DNA of 64,000 nucleotides from a virus (IMGVR_UViG_3300027861_000012:96380-160379), one strand, 5' to 3'; positions 13,201 through 21,642 are shown, numbered from the stretch's first letter. A program made the numbers and translations. The notes: a model not told the origin generated them from the letters alone.

Positions 13201-16200
13201 GGATATAGCCAACATCGATTGCGTGCTCAAGCCCAACGGTGTTTTCAGAATCACGCGGGCGAATCAACGGATTTTCAATGTCTTGCCCCGCCAACAATAC
13301 GGAAACCAAGGTCTTGCCCAGGATGGCGGTACGGTCACCAACATGGGTAAGATCAATGGAGGTGTCGGGACTACGTGGGAAGACGGCTGTGTATGCGAGA
13401 GTATCGTCCAACGACATTGTGGTGTCAATTGAGCGATCAAAGATGGCAAGATATAGGGCCGTATGATCTGGGTCGATAGCATTGCTGCTACTACGAGCCC
13501 AGACCATAAGACCGATGAACTCATCCGTGAGGTTGAAATCACTACTGAATGATCGCCCATAGACACCATTGAATGCCAGGATGCTATTTAGTCCAACAGT
13601 ATTCTCAGAATCACGCGGACGAACGGCATCATAGTCAATGACCCCGGTGGGCTCCAATGTGTTGGTCGATTCACGCTGCAAGCTGTAAATGACATCAAGA
13701 TCGTGGTCCAGTGATGTGGTGACGCTAGCATCCAACGGGCGAGTGATATTCTGTGTAGTGGCATCACTGGGGCTCAGTGTGGAAGTCCCGTCATGACTCA
13801 CGAGTGCGATTCTATCAACGGTGTCTGATACATCAATTGAGTTTGAGCCGCTACGGGGCCACACAGTATCTTGTTCTGCTGTTGCCGATACCGTCATGAT
13901 GTTGGACAAGAGACGATCAAAGACTGCCAGGTACAGGGCTTGATCAGTTGAAGTCAGCGTGTCGCTGGAATTTCTTGGCCAAATGGTATCTTGTTCGGCA
14001 GACTGTGAAAGTGTCCCTGTATTCTCGGCTTGGAGTTGTAGGATTCCACTTCTGCTGGCAGTATCATCGGGATCGAGTGTATTACTGGCATATCGATCAA
14101 AGACCATTTGGCGCTCGGCAGTATGATCGGGCGTCAGTGTATGAGACAGGTCTTTGCCGACCACAATCAGGCGTGTTAGAAGATGACTGATGGTAACCGT
14201 GTGTGATTCAGTCCGGTCATAGGTGGCTACACGCCCCGCCGAGTCAGTGGCATCAATGGTGTTTGAAAGTACCCGATCAAAAATAGCCAGATACAAACCG
14301 CTATCACTGATGTCTAGCGATACGTCTGCTGATCGCCCAAAGATTCCCGTATAGACAAAGTCCTGACTGAGTGTAATCGTGACGGAAGGTTGCTTCCCGA
14401 GGACGGCAGTTCGGTCGCCCACACTATCAAATGTCAGGAGCAGTTCGGCATCGCGCGGCCACACCATATCCTGATCAGGGGTTGTGTCAAAGATCAAACC
14501 GCTGGTTAGCGTCTTTCCAAGGGTCGTGGTGCGGTCATAGTCATGGCTCAACACGATGGTGGATGTGCTGTCTAACGGCCGAACTGTGTCCTGCACATTG
14601 GTATCCGAGATATCCAGAGTATGATTCAAGGATTTCCCGAGGGTTGCAATCCGGTCACCCGTACCACTGAGGTCGAGTGTATCAACTGAATTTCGTGGCC
14701 AGACTGTATCCTGTTCCCCGGCATCTGACAGCGGAATGATGTGAGATGGTTGTTTCTGAAGCGTAGCAGTTCTATCAACAACATAATCCAAATCAATGGT
14801 AGACGAACTGCTTCGTGGCCAGATTGTATCCTGTTCGTTGCTGTCAGAAAGATCAAGAGTATGGCTCAAGGATTTCCCGAGGGTAGCAATCCGATCTCCA
14901 GTATCACTTAACGTGATAGTGTTGGTTGAACTCCTTGGCCAGATCGTATCTTGTTCAACTGAATCAGACAGGGTAAGCGTGTGTGAAGGTTGCTTCTGAA
15001 GCGTTGCGATTCGATCAACAACATCAGATAGTTCGAGTTCATCCAGAACTACAAAAGCCTCAAACACAGTATCTTGGGTTGCTATTGAGTCTAGTTCAAG
15101 AACACTGGTTGCAGACCGATTCAGGATGCTGGTTTCAGTAGCGGTGCTGGTCAGACTCAAAGTATCGGTGCTGTACCGATCAAAGAGCATGACACGGGAT
15201 ACCGTATCAGATAGGCTGATTGTATCCAAAAAGGCTCGACCGAGAATGGCAACACGGTCGCCAACATGGGTGAGATCAATATCGTGTGTAATATGACGCA
15301 ACCAGTCAGTATCCATTATGGCGGTACTGGTCCATGTCAATGACTGCGAGAGACCTTTACCAAGGGTAGCTGTTCTGTCACCAATATCGGTGGCTGCGAG
15401 CGTGCTGGTAGCGGATCGTGGCCAGATGGTATCTTGCTCGGCACTGATAGACCATGCGAGACTGCTGGTAGCATAACGATCCCAAAGTATGACACGGATG
15501 ACACTGTCACTCAGTGTCAGATCGTCGGTTTGATTCTTAGTCACTTGGATGAGGACATCCGGAGTCTGAGCGATGAGCACCCCAGAAGATGCGCTGCGTG
15601 GCCAGATTGTATCCTGTTCAACATCGCTGTCGATGGTAAGGGTATCAGTGAGTTCTTTGCCAAGTGTGGCAATGCGATCCACAATACTCGTGAGGTCCAG
15701 TGTATTGGCAGTATTTCGTGGCCAGATCGTATCTTGTTCTGCATCACTGTCAATGGTGAGCGTATGGGATTGATCTTTCTGCAACTCAACGATATGCTCA
15801 AGTCCGTGCCCCACACCGATGGTATTGGTAGCTGATCGTGGCCATACGGTATCTTGCTCGGCACCACTATCGATTGCTACTGTGTGGGTTAGTTCTTTAC
15901 CCAGGGTTGCAATTCGGTCTACTGTGCCAGTGAGATCAAGAGTGCTGTCAGCGGTACGGGGCCATACTGTATCTTGTGTCACAATACTGCTTAGTGTAAG
16001 CGTATGGGACTCATCTTTCTGCACAGTGATGATTCGATCAAGTTCATGATCCAACCCCATGGTATCGGCTGATGATCGTGGCCAAATTGTATCTTGCTCG
16101 ACTGTGGAATCCCATGTGAGTGTATGGGTCGGAGCACGATTCAAAATAGCAACTCGGTCTCCAAGGCTAGTCAGATTAAGCGTGTTTTCAGCATATCTGT

Positions 16201-19200
16201 CCCAGACCGTCAACTGAGTGATCACCTCAGATAGTGTCAGAGTATTACTCAGAGACCTGACAAATATGGCCAGATACAAGGCTTCATCGGTTGCAGCCAA
16301 TGTGTTATCCGCCGACCGATTGAAATCCCCGGTGTATGTGAATTCTTGGGAGACAACCAGCGTGTGCGACAAGTCTTTCCCAAGGAACAGTGTTGCATGA
16401 TTGCTGTGATCTAGGTCTAGGGTATGGTCGAGTGACCGTGGGAATAGGGCCACGTATTCAACAAGGTGGTCCAGTTTGTTCCATGTAAGGTCATCGGAGT
16501 GGACCGCCAGGTTAAGGACGATATTGCGATGCAGAAGATGTTCCACGCCAATATCACCATCAGATTGACGAACGAAAACCAACTCCCGTTCTGCCAGATC
16601 ATCCAGTGTGGTCTCGGTGCTTATGGGACGTAGGAACAGAGCCACACGCTCAGTCTCATCACCAAGACTCAGTGTAACATCAGGCAGTCGAACAAACACA
16701 CTGTCTTGAACCACGAGGTGGTCCAAAATGATATTGTCAACGAAACCCCGTTCCAAGATGTAATTGGTATGCAACAGGTGCGAGAGATCGATTGTGCTGG
16801 AGGCATCTCTTGGCCGTACAGCATCATGATCTGGTGTGCTGATTAGCTCCAGAGTTTGTTCAATATCTTTCTGAAGAATGACATTGAGATCAAGAAGCTC
16901 GCTAAGTGTCAGGGTATGTTCGACGCTACGTGGCCGCACCATGTAACCGTCAGCCTGATGATCCAAATCTGGTTCTGAATCTGTGGGCCGCTGTGCATAA
17001 ACCAACACTTCCACGATGGCATTGGCAACAATTTCGCTGGCCGCCGAGCGTGGACGATCAGAGTCATGCATGACAGCATCTGTAATCGTGATACTGTGTG
17101 CAATTGATCGGTCACGAACCGCAAGGTATGTTGCCAGGTCATTGGTGTCAAGATCACTGACCAAGTATCGTGTTCGGTCAGTAAAGAATTCTGCCGCTTG
17201 TGTGACCGTAAACAGATTATTGGTTGCATACCTATCAAAGACAGCATCGAATGTGACGACATCGTACATGGTAGACAGCATGTTGTAGGCTGTCATTGAA
17301 TAGATGTCAGCAAGTTCGGCTTCGAGTTCAACACTGGCTGTCAAACCATTTCGATGATCCCGCACGATGGGGTCCTGTGGTGAGACAATGACACCGCGCC
17401 ACTCGCGGTTTTCCCAATCTAGTAATCCAACCTCTTTACCCAGGGTTTGACGACAGAAATCTAGGAAGTTCTGTGCCTCATCTTCTGCCAGTCCGTTGAA
17501 TTGGAACGTCAAATGCTGAATCTTGGGCCAAATCTGGTCGGCAAAAACAATCAGTGTCCCGCCACGGCTCTCTCGTTTGATGCGGTGGAACGCCAGGCTG
17601 TCCTTATTGTCAAACTCTGGCCCACGTAAATGAATTGATAGTGTGGGATCGACAGCAGGGTAGAAAAAGGTGACACCACTGGAATCACCAATCACCGGTT
17701 GGCCTGTTTTTGGTGGTGATGGGGCATCAGGGTCAGTTGTTGATCCAACAAACGGTGAGTAATTATGCAGTGTTGAATCTTGAAGATTGACAAACGCCAT
17801 CGTTTGAGTCAACAAAAGATTAGTCGTAACCTCAAACGGAGCCCGCAGAATAATTCGATCAACTTCATGTAAAAGACTCAGTGTGTCACTGGCTCGCTCT
17901 GTGGTGAGTCCTCTCGCCTCATGACTGAGAGTCAAATACGAGGTTGCCGATTCTGCAATGCTTAGCTGAGCGTAATCTCCAAGATCGATGGTATTGGTAG
18001 CCGAAGCTGACGTACCCGTAGACAATGCCAGGGCCGCAGAAGCCTCACTGGTGAACCAAATGTTTTGGGTACGAATTGGAAGTGTGCCCAAAGATATGGT
18101 GTATTCGGCCGCGTGAGTTAGCTCGTAAAGACGTTCCAGATTATACTGGGTGGTCAATGGGTCATAGACTTGTACCAGCGGCCCAAGAAACTCTGATTCA
18201 GCCGAGACATGACGTGGATATCGAACATCCTCGGCATGACTCAATGAGAGGATATTACTGGCAGACACTTGCCGGATACTGGGATCAACCTGTTCGCTAA
18301 ACGACAGTGTGGACTCACAGTTGCCAATAAACGGGCGACCAACATATGCAGTCTGAACCAGGGTCAGAAAACCGGTTTCGGTTCCTGGGTACTTCGGGTA
18401 GACCAGATAGACAATGTAGTCCCAGTTGTCCAACACCGATTCGGCGTACAAACTGATCCAGGATATTCGAGCCGTCTGGCTAAGATTAAGCGAGTCGCTG
18501 GCATCGCCATGCCATGGAACTGGCGTATAGGGACCATCGACAAATTGAATCTCACTCAAGGCGTCCACAACGTGCCAAGTATGTTTTGCACGCCCAACCA
18601 GATACATCAGGTCATGAGTCATGCTCTCATTGAACGGCTGGGTGACATCATGGTCATGACTAAGATTCAATTGGCTGATGACTGGCGCAATATACCAGTC
18701 TCCCACAGCGTCGGTATTCAGAACTATATCATCCTGTGCCGAGAGACTCCAGGGTCTGACAACACTGACCACATCATTAAGGGTCAGGGTGTCCGCCACT
18801 GGAAGCACATCAGTCGCTAGGATTGAGGAAAAGGTGATGGTGTGTTCTTCAGAACGGTACCAAGGTCGAATGACATTGAGATCATCATTGAGATCAAGAT
18901 CATCTGATGCGTCACCGAAACGCAAGTGATGCCTGGAGGCGTCCGTCATGGACGAGAGATCATCGGTAGCATTGATATACCACGGCCGAGTAGTAGTGGC
19001 TACTGATGTGAGGTCCAGGTTGTTGATAGCATACTCAAAGAGCCAGTTATGTTCCGGCAAGCTGCCAAGAACAAGACTGTTACTGGCCGAGAGTTGGAAG
19101 ATAGTCTGACGCGATGCATCATTCAGAATCAGTTCGTTGGAAGCATCGCGTGTGATGCGACCAAAGGCCACATTTATGTCTTGAGTGAGCGTTTCAGACA

Positions 19201-19549
19201 GGTGGGAATGTGGAACCGTATTGAGAAGATCCCAAGAAGCATGGAGCACTTCCATGCTCAAACCTGTCATGCGGATGCGACCGCTACCGGGTTTACCTAA
19301 AACCTCGATACGCTGCTGGGACAGCCTAAGATACCCTGGATCGGGTAGGCCAAGAACATCCAGATGTTGTGTGGGTACAATCAAATCACCAGGATCGGAT
19401 TGGCCCAGTACCTCGATGTGTTGCTGCGCAGTACGAATATCACCTGGGTCTGATTGACCCATGGCAAGAATCGACTGCATAGTGACTTGTAACTCGGATG
19501 GTATTTCAGCAAATACCAAGACCGATTGTTTCGTTACACGAATCGACAT
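4277..19549 (-). CDS. Giant (5090 aa) tail-associated fibre/adhesin: N-terminal 18-aa repeats, putative distal-tail-like domain, long 20-aa repeat stalk, four YWTD-like beta-propellers
   Basis: Uninterrupted ORF, TAATG-coupled to the upstream gene, downstream of tape measure. Repeats QDTIWPRSxxxTLDLSxxxD/RIATLGKxLSHTLTLSDxxE; propeller blades such as IDGINHKMYWTDNLRNKIMRADLDGSN and IDPVNEKMFWSDMMHQDIKSADLDGSN. Confidence 0.85.
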   Translation of the reverse strand: MSIRVTKQSVLVFAEIPSELQVTMQSILAMGQSDPGDIRTAQQHIEVLGQSDPGDLIVPTQHLDVLGLPDPGYLRLSQQRIEVLGKPGSGRIRMTGLSMEVLHASWDLLNTVPHSHLSETLTQDINVAFGRITRDASNELILNDASRQTIFQLSASNSLVLGSLPEHNWLFEYAINNLDLTSVATTTRPWYINATDDLSSMTDASRHHLRFGDASDDLDLNDDLNVIRPWYRSEEHTITFSSILATDVLPVADTLTLNDVVSVVRPWSLSAQDDIVLNTDAVGDWYIAPVISQLNLSHDHDVTQPFNESMTHDLMYLVGRAKHTWHVVDALSEIQFVDGPYTPVPWHGDASDSLNLSQTARISWISLYAESVLDNWDYIVYLVYPKYPGTETGFLTLVQTAYVGRPFIGNCESTLSFSEQVDPSIRQVSASNILSLSHAEDVRYPRHVSAESEFLGPLVQVYDPLTTQYNLERLYELTHAAEYTISLGTLPIRTQNIWFTSEASAALALSTGTSASATNTIDLGDYAQLSIAESATSYLTLSHEARGLTTERASDTLSLLHEVDRIILRAPFEVTTNLLLTQTMAFVNLQDSTLHNYSPFVGSTTDPDAPSPPKTGQPVIGDSSGVTFFYPAVDPTLSIHLRGPEFDNKDSLAFHRIKRESRGGTLIVFADQIWPKIQHLTFQFNGLAEDEAQNFLDFCRQTLGKEVGLLDWENREWRGVIVSPQDPIVRDHRNGLTASVELEAELADIYSMTAYNMLSTMYDVVTFDAVFDRYATNNLFTVTQAAEFFTDRTRYLVSDLDTNDLATYLAVRDRSIAHSITITDAVMHDSDRPRSAASEIVANAIVEVLVYAQRPTDSEPDLDHQADGYMVRPRSVEHTLTLSELLDLNVILQKDIEQTLELISTPDHDAVRPRDASSTIDLSHLLHTNYILERGFVDNIILDHLVVQDSVFVRLPDVTLSLGDETERVALFLRPISTETTLDDLAERELVFVRQSDGDIGVEHLLHRNIVLNLAVHSDDLTWNKLDHLVEYVALFPRSLDHTLDLDHSNHATLFLGKDLSHTLVVSQEFTYTGDFNRSADNTLAATDEALYLAIFVRSLSNTLTLSEVITQLTVWDRYAENTLNLTSLGDRVAILNRAPTHTLTWDSTVEQDTIWPRSSADTMGLDHELDRIITVQKDESHTLTLSSIVTQDTVWPRTADSTLDLTGTVDRIATLGKELTHTVAIDSGAEQDTVWPRSATNTIGVGHGLEHIVELQKDQSHTLTIDSDAEQDTIWPRNTANTLDLTSIVDRIATLGKELTDTLTIDSDVEQDTIWPRSASSGVLIAQTPDVLIQVTKNQTDDLTLSDSVIRVILWDRYATSSLAWSISAEQDTIWPRSATSTLAATDIGDRTATLGKGLSQSLTWTSTAIMDTDWLRHITHDIDLTHVGDRVAILGRAFLDTISLSDTVSRVMLFDRYSTDTLSLTSTATETSILNRSATSVLELDSIATQDTVFEAFVVLDELELSDVVDRIATLQKQPSHTLTLSDSVEQDTIWPRSSTNTITLSDTGDRIATLGKSLSHTLDLSDSNEQDTIWPRSSSSTIDLDYVVDRTATLQKQPSHIIPLSDAGEQDTVWPRNSVDTLDLSGTGDRIATLGKSLNHTLDISDTNVQDTVRPLDSTSTIVLSHDYDRTTTLGKTLTSGLIFDTTPDQDMVWPRDAELLLTFDSVGDRTAVLGKQPSVTITLSQDFVYTGIFGRSADVSLDISDSGLYLAIFDRVLSNTIDATDSAGRVATYDRTESHTVTISHLLTRLIVVGKDLSHTLTPDHTAERQMVFDRYASNTLDPDDTASRSGILQLQAENTGTLSQSAEQDTIWPRNSSDTLTSTDQALYLAVFDRLLSNIMTVSATAEQDTVWPRSGSNSIDVSDTVDRIALVSHDGTSTLSPSDATTQNITRPLDASVTTSLDHDLDVIYSLQRESTNTLEPTGVIDYDAVRPRDSENTVGLNSILAFNGVYGRSFSSDFNLTDEFIGLMVWARSSSNAIDPDHTALYLAIFDRSIDTTMSLDDTLAYTAVFPRSPDTSIDLTHVGDRTAILGKTLVSVLLAGQDIENPLIRPRDSENTVGLEHAIDVGYILQRSSDDTLDLDHTLVYPMVRPRSATSTPDLSQVVGRIIVVTKDLTSVLIVSQVLDDIWAYLRTATNTMDLDDTATRVFVVSRSATGTLDPSSSASYLAIFDHSLGNTLDVSGTVDTNFLRPRSADNTATLSDVASRVATLGKSFTQTINLSHTVLEETESLRHLVHSLDLSDSMDRVAILGKSLTDSLVPISDTAEELMVFQRDPTDTTDLTSAVTFLGVWDRYATTIWEPNQTASQNAVRPRSLESPLDTWHHLARIVSLGKLLTDDIPVDDTAEQDSVFPRSAGDSVAIDDQLDVNYVLDREMPHSLDLSQIFVGNMIRPRAATDSLDLDATLETIFLLGKDITDTLTLSDEVTEVSVLNRASTDDLDLISTPDRTIIVYKTMSHSMDLDDTATQDTFWALRALSHTIDLDHAADVLPVRFGNAINYLFPGQLAEALPITGGTTASELTDLDHEATADNTVKFHYGTDDIDLTDAATGLRIIERSITQDLTPSDTGDRTAVLGHTLSHTVTWDDDAFLSTIESPIDYLPLSDAAAVTRILDPNGRLYMIDQLYDEILSMKADGTDPYVVATTQIGAPYPDLNSGGGWHMVIDGINHKMYWTDNLRNKIMRADLDGSNVTEIRSWIPYLEPGWPGGILDVTVDPANNKIYYTHQNGGFGAVYQNNLDGTDESLIASTGGLGTYNLHSIAIDPADQQLYIGATTFVNPGVPGEIWRMNTDGSGLTLWMEIPGDPYYMEFVPAHESLLWVNQAGVSTFYQAHKDDTEETKIEVVYPNPHQIKDFAYNPNDDCIYSISSDTSSRYVEKIDWNGYNRTVVHTWPDATRPTNRTTVYGFAIDEAPIPTFLEDVEHTLNLSQVADRVAILERAETSTLVLESLEDYSFVVTADIEANLTFLDQIVYLVTEVSATSDMDLSHTAIEETDSYRLGTGTLSLSDDVNRIALVSHDAISNLTLSADAHEDFLSLEFVDSTIMWGYYANRETVYVRALSNLLIVEHDLKKVHIESAEDNLNLTQNINLGYLLTTPASSTINLSSDAVFDINRVLFATSDIGFTEDASRAGSTYTYDATDTLELDAPVYFPVDLAASNTLHLSGYSYYDIQVTIGPLWLGVSSGANGILGMNEYGQTKHIFGTSKHSDLRIDTVGNRVYGYGASDGPKVINSWDMDGNDPVGIVDLNDGTWSEWWAYHAGGYSTFDIIPSLGRLVFTVDGGHCPEGGCSAMYTVRMSDGGDHIQMLGAGGVFMYGSCLRRDPNTGLFWTFGSDTGSHTFHNLLVGNGYTNWSHVVAMPINKTYDAIAFDHNNDYVYFGASQDARIWRVNKTAPYNLQLVGTMTGQGGYEGVEKMVYDHESDILYLASKYAVYALDTNTMSLSTMRNTSAYDEGTYIYFDSVDLNDTTSFYHVRPRAAWNNMALDHSLSAVYSYHAPTPLTLSDELDLEQILNKDLDDTLVLEATAAQDTFWAIRTTADSIDLDHAASTIHVALRAAEDTLTLSYRTSRTFEVEHGDTLVLVQDLDRTAITNQSITDSITSTQSAVRYVVWPRSAISTLDLDHEAQETTIFSRSETDTLVALSDFAQKTFTPEATSTLVLDHTLVHGHANANTFALHLMDNQDNRCRVITLDGSHLKDLFESGVPFTPGDAVISLDDERIFWAETYSGAGALKSANLDGTDVEMLASGYANVMNVAVNDATDHVFAYVHSTNSTIRAIWRMNYDGSNPQKIVPGTSLTRVRGLEVSNGYLYIVDNGAGYIKRCELTGSNLTNLVQTNTDPTGPTAITIDPVNEKMFWSDMMHQDIKSADLDGSNVAQVAFIATYAVDMVYNFEDEYIYYTHQGDSHQVRRIKAYASFPTQEIIRIDNDASYTGIALGPQDWIIHLSAADSFTPEHSASVDVVWARTVEHTIPVTDEMDRIAILGRTLASGLDIDDTILGYLGSYEPVEQAIPLDDQLDLVAIPLRLGENDLDLDSDANTLWSAGRTVTQGLTLSDVVLYDLDEHVEGDGRVYTGEGYEGDSLHSRIVKFRPDLTGKETAIELNDLPYPAGSQAYPNDTWDLGIVDDRIYFGSYVFGYEFGCDLNGANFYVYPNPPVYRASRSFVDSQNNNMYAIHAPAILFNNGYGSIWDLDNVNPDVNFGSGYASDLAGDGANRRLWYADRSPTGRIVEKNLDTNAEIVRLGNLTDFPGTRPWIHLNYDETNGRLFWLYKSLSTGYARAFYADVDGPSAWVITEISIPSGHFEHIAFNAVNDSIYTVCYQDNAAAGTYIGLHSVKITAPHTHNQVSAGTEYQRPWGLAIAPYTGYTRTRQMLGDLDFVHSLVYGHVAPRSSSDTLDLSAIAGQDTVWPRSTAVSLSLGDESTVVFVPLKEVTANIDLSDSVTQNRIRTTDDTSTLTISSVVDEAFLSLEGSTSDIDLADTAVGAITVRQRWSESDLDLTDTGAETSILGRSATNAVTLSDVTTRIATLGKSLSNTLTASGLAVADMVYLRYASNAIDLSSIGDRNVVVTLAHDNTLTLVSIVDRNIVSQQAGSTTVELDSIGYETTDFNEVIIHAATISDELATLFVLGPPLADDLDLSDSSGETLVLPRFGEDSTDLAQALNLGYTLTRDLDTDLTVGDVATSITFRDRDASSTFTLTSISDKQPIFSRFAAHTMTLDDDLDLTSILNKSIESTLTLDEVLSYEHFISPASSSSIDLDDIIVVEVIRNAANTLILSDASVFDVVWDRYAENTLVMDDSANEAVVSPRSVDHEIAASDVATQDTVWARDLTNAIELTDDLNLGYSLQRSGTSDLTLSSAASFNITRNRTGDNTITLSSLPGETTVALQALESTAALGQALSLASSVYNRDSDDTLTWQSRAWDSIVEDTEVSFTLDDNMAVSIVYAGDDFTTHPRVTENVVDLTQESTFNLASVESADNTGDLTQTATRSMTFARSASDDLTWAHRVWPRTYDGDAEDTLVPASSASAVIEPPESGSLYVIDKE

Positions 19550-20595
19550 TAAACCGCCTTAACACCGAAAGTTGCGTTATTGATGCCCTCTGGTGTCCAA
19601 ACCACACCAGTATCAGGATCTATGGTGGAAATTCCATAGTTCATCTGATAGTATTCATGGGCAGAGTATTCGTCTCCGGAATCAAAGTCTTCAATGGTGC
19701 CATTGGAATCAATTCTGAAGTACAATTCCCAACCGTGCGCCGCTAGTGTTCGGGTACATGCATTTAACTGGAGACCCAGTACCTCTAAGCTCGGGTACAA
19801 TGATCCCCAGGAGAACATGTCCACACTGCCAGATACATCGGTTTCGACGTAGCTGGCATCATCATCTAAAATCACCTCATTCAAATAAGACACATGCGAG
19901 GAGGGGCCGCTTGCATCCCATTGATTTGATGGCTCGTCACCGTACAGCGAAATCCCTTCAATCCTACATGGACCGAGGAAATCGTTGTGCGGTGCCGGAC
20001 CATCGCCATCACAGACATAAATGTCATCATACATACATGTCCGGTCTATAGTGAATTGAACACCCTGAACAGTATCATGGTTCCAGGGATCGGTATCAAT
20101 TCCAGATAAGGAGAGTACAGTGTTGCCATCCACACGAACCTCAACAGTTCCAGCGGAATCATGGATGTATGCCTTGACTTCAATGTAGTTCCACTGAAGC
20201 ACTGCTAAGTTAGCCCCAACACTTTCACCACGAAACGTGTCACCCGTGTAAATTCTAAGTTCCCCGTTCATCATCCGACGTAATCGTACTTGTTGCCACC
20301 CTACAGGCGACAGTAGCATCATAAGATCACTGTTATCAATGAACCAGTCGCTGCCACGCCACCCAAACCCGACAATCCACGTTGTATGTTCTGCCTCTAA
20401 GCGTTGACGAAAGAGACAACTATTGCTATTGGGGTATTTGAAACCAAGTCCGACCCCGTCACGCCCGACCTGGATACTGGCGCTATTATGATGCTCCAGG
20501 TAACTCCACTTTTTGTGCATAGCATCATACAGGTCGAGACCAGTAGTACCGGCCGGACCCATATTTTCAAAGCCTTCAATCCAGCGTAATGCCAT
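19549..20595 (-). CDS. Tail-associated concanavalin-A/LamG-like protein, paralog 3 (348 aa)
   Basis: Likely start ATG 20595 (MALRWIEGFEN), TAATG overlap. Shares WNYIEVK..IHDSAGTVEVRVDG, YDDIYVCD, DFLG, DPDTGVVWT..GINNATFGVK with its two neighbours. Confidence 0.7.
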   Translation of the reverse strand: MALRWIEGFENMGPAGTTGLDLYDAMHKKWSYLEHHNSASIQVGRDGVGLGFKYPNSNSCLFRQRLEAEHTTWIVGFGWRGSDWFIDNSDLMMLLSPVGWQQVRLRRMMNGELRIYTGDTFRGESVGANLAVLQWNYIEVKAYIHDSAGTVEVRVDGNTVLSLSGIDTDPWNHDTVQGVQFTIDRTCMYDDIYVCDGDGPAPHNDFLGPCRIEGISLYGDEPSNQWDASGPSSHVSYLNEVILDDDASYVETDVSGSVDMFSWGSLYPSLEVLGLQLNACTRTLAAHGWELYFRIDSNGTIEDFDSGDEYSAHEYYQMNYGISTIDPDTGVVWTPEGINNATFGVKAV

Positions 20596-21632
20596 TAGCC
20601 TACCTTCACACCAGCCTGTATTGCATTGATGCCACCTGTGGTCCAATCAACAGCAGTGTCGGGGTCTTGTTCATAGATGTCGTGGTACGCGAGGGCATCT
20701 ACACCAGAGACACGATGCGTGGCCCCATCTTGTTCCGTGGTACCAGATTTCACTACAGGGATGAGGTCTTGTGACGTGGCGGCTGATACCATGGCAAGCG
20801 TCGAAACCTGTACTGCTTTGATACCTGATTGAATATCACTCAGGCTACCAAAATCATACAGGTCTTTGTCACCTGGCGTAACTGACGACACATAGTCTGT
20901 GTCATCAGGGTAGTCATCGTCCACAAGGGCATAGTTATCAATACCTGTGCTTGGGGTCCAGTCTGCTTGTGCCGTATCAGCAGAGGGCCTGATAGTCTCC
21001 ACAATGTGTTCACCCATGAAGTCTTGACCACCCGCACCGTCTGCGATATAGAAGTCTGCCACTTTGCTGCCACCGTACCCGGCACGGAGTATGATCTGGT
21101 TGATGATACCGTCCGATTCGGCGGCTGTATCAATACCAGATTGGTTGATCACCACATTCTCGTTGACCCGGACCTCAATGCTACCGGCAGAATTATCACA
21201 GACAAGCTTCAGTTCGATGTGGTTCCATGAATTGCCACGCAGCACATTCACGGCTGAGTTGCCAACAAGAACACTATTACGGTACACATGTATGGAGCCA
21301 TCATTCCAAGTGGCTAATCGAAATTGCAGGTCTGACCAGCGATAGAAGTCAAGAATGTAGTCCCCATGGCTGATATAGCCAGGGACGTAGTAATTGAATC
21401 CAACGAACCAGGTTGCGGAATTCGGCAGGAACTTCTTCATGTAGTGATCTCGTCCAGCACCCCAATAAATGCTCTGACCGATCCCACCACGTCCGGCTGC
21501 AATTTTCGTTTCGTATCCACCAAAGGTAACCGCAGCACGGTCCCAATGTTGCCGCATCCGGGCTTCCAACGTAGTGCCATTGGTGTCATTGGCCCCATAG
21601 TTGGCGAATCCTTCGAGAAACTTGATAGACAT
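20595..21632 (-). CDS. Tail-associated concanavalin-A/LamG-like protein, paralog 2 (345 aa)
   Basis: Likely start ATG 21632 (SD AAGGAG; MSIKFLEGFANYG); same motifs (WNHIELK, SIEVRVNE, DFYIAD, DPDTAVDWTTGGINAIQAGVKV). Confidence 0.7.
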   Translation of the reverse strand: MSIKFLEGFANYGANDTNGTTLEARMRQHWDRAAVTFGGYETKIAAGRGGIGQSIYWGAGRDHYMKKFLPNSATWFVGFNYYVPGYISHGDYILDFYRWSDLQFRLATWNDGSIHVYRNSVLVGNSAVNVLRGNSWNHIELKLVCDNSAGSIEVRVNENVVINQSGIDTAAESDGIINQIILRAGYGGSKVADFYIADGAGGQDFMGEHIVETIRPSADTAQADWTPSTGIDNYALVDDDYPDDTDYVSSVTPGDKDLYDFGSLSDIQSGIKAVQVSTLAMVSAATSQDLIPVVKSGTTEQDGATHRVSGVDALAYHDIYEQDPDTAVDWTTGGINAIQAGVKVG

Positions 21633-21642
21633 GGTGTGCTCC

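Noticed and set aside
12000-16500. Diversity-generating retroelement or CRISPR-like nucleotide repeats in the stalk
   Set aside because: Repeats are conserved at protein level with synonymous divergence; no template/variable pair with adenine-specific mismatches was seen and there is no reverse transcriptase in the window.
31-19457. Numerous Ser/Val/Arg-rich plus-strand ORFs
   Set aside because: Antisense shadows of the repeat-rich minus-strand giant genes; no SD, no motifs.
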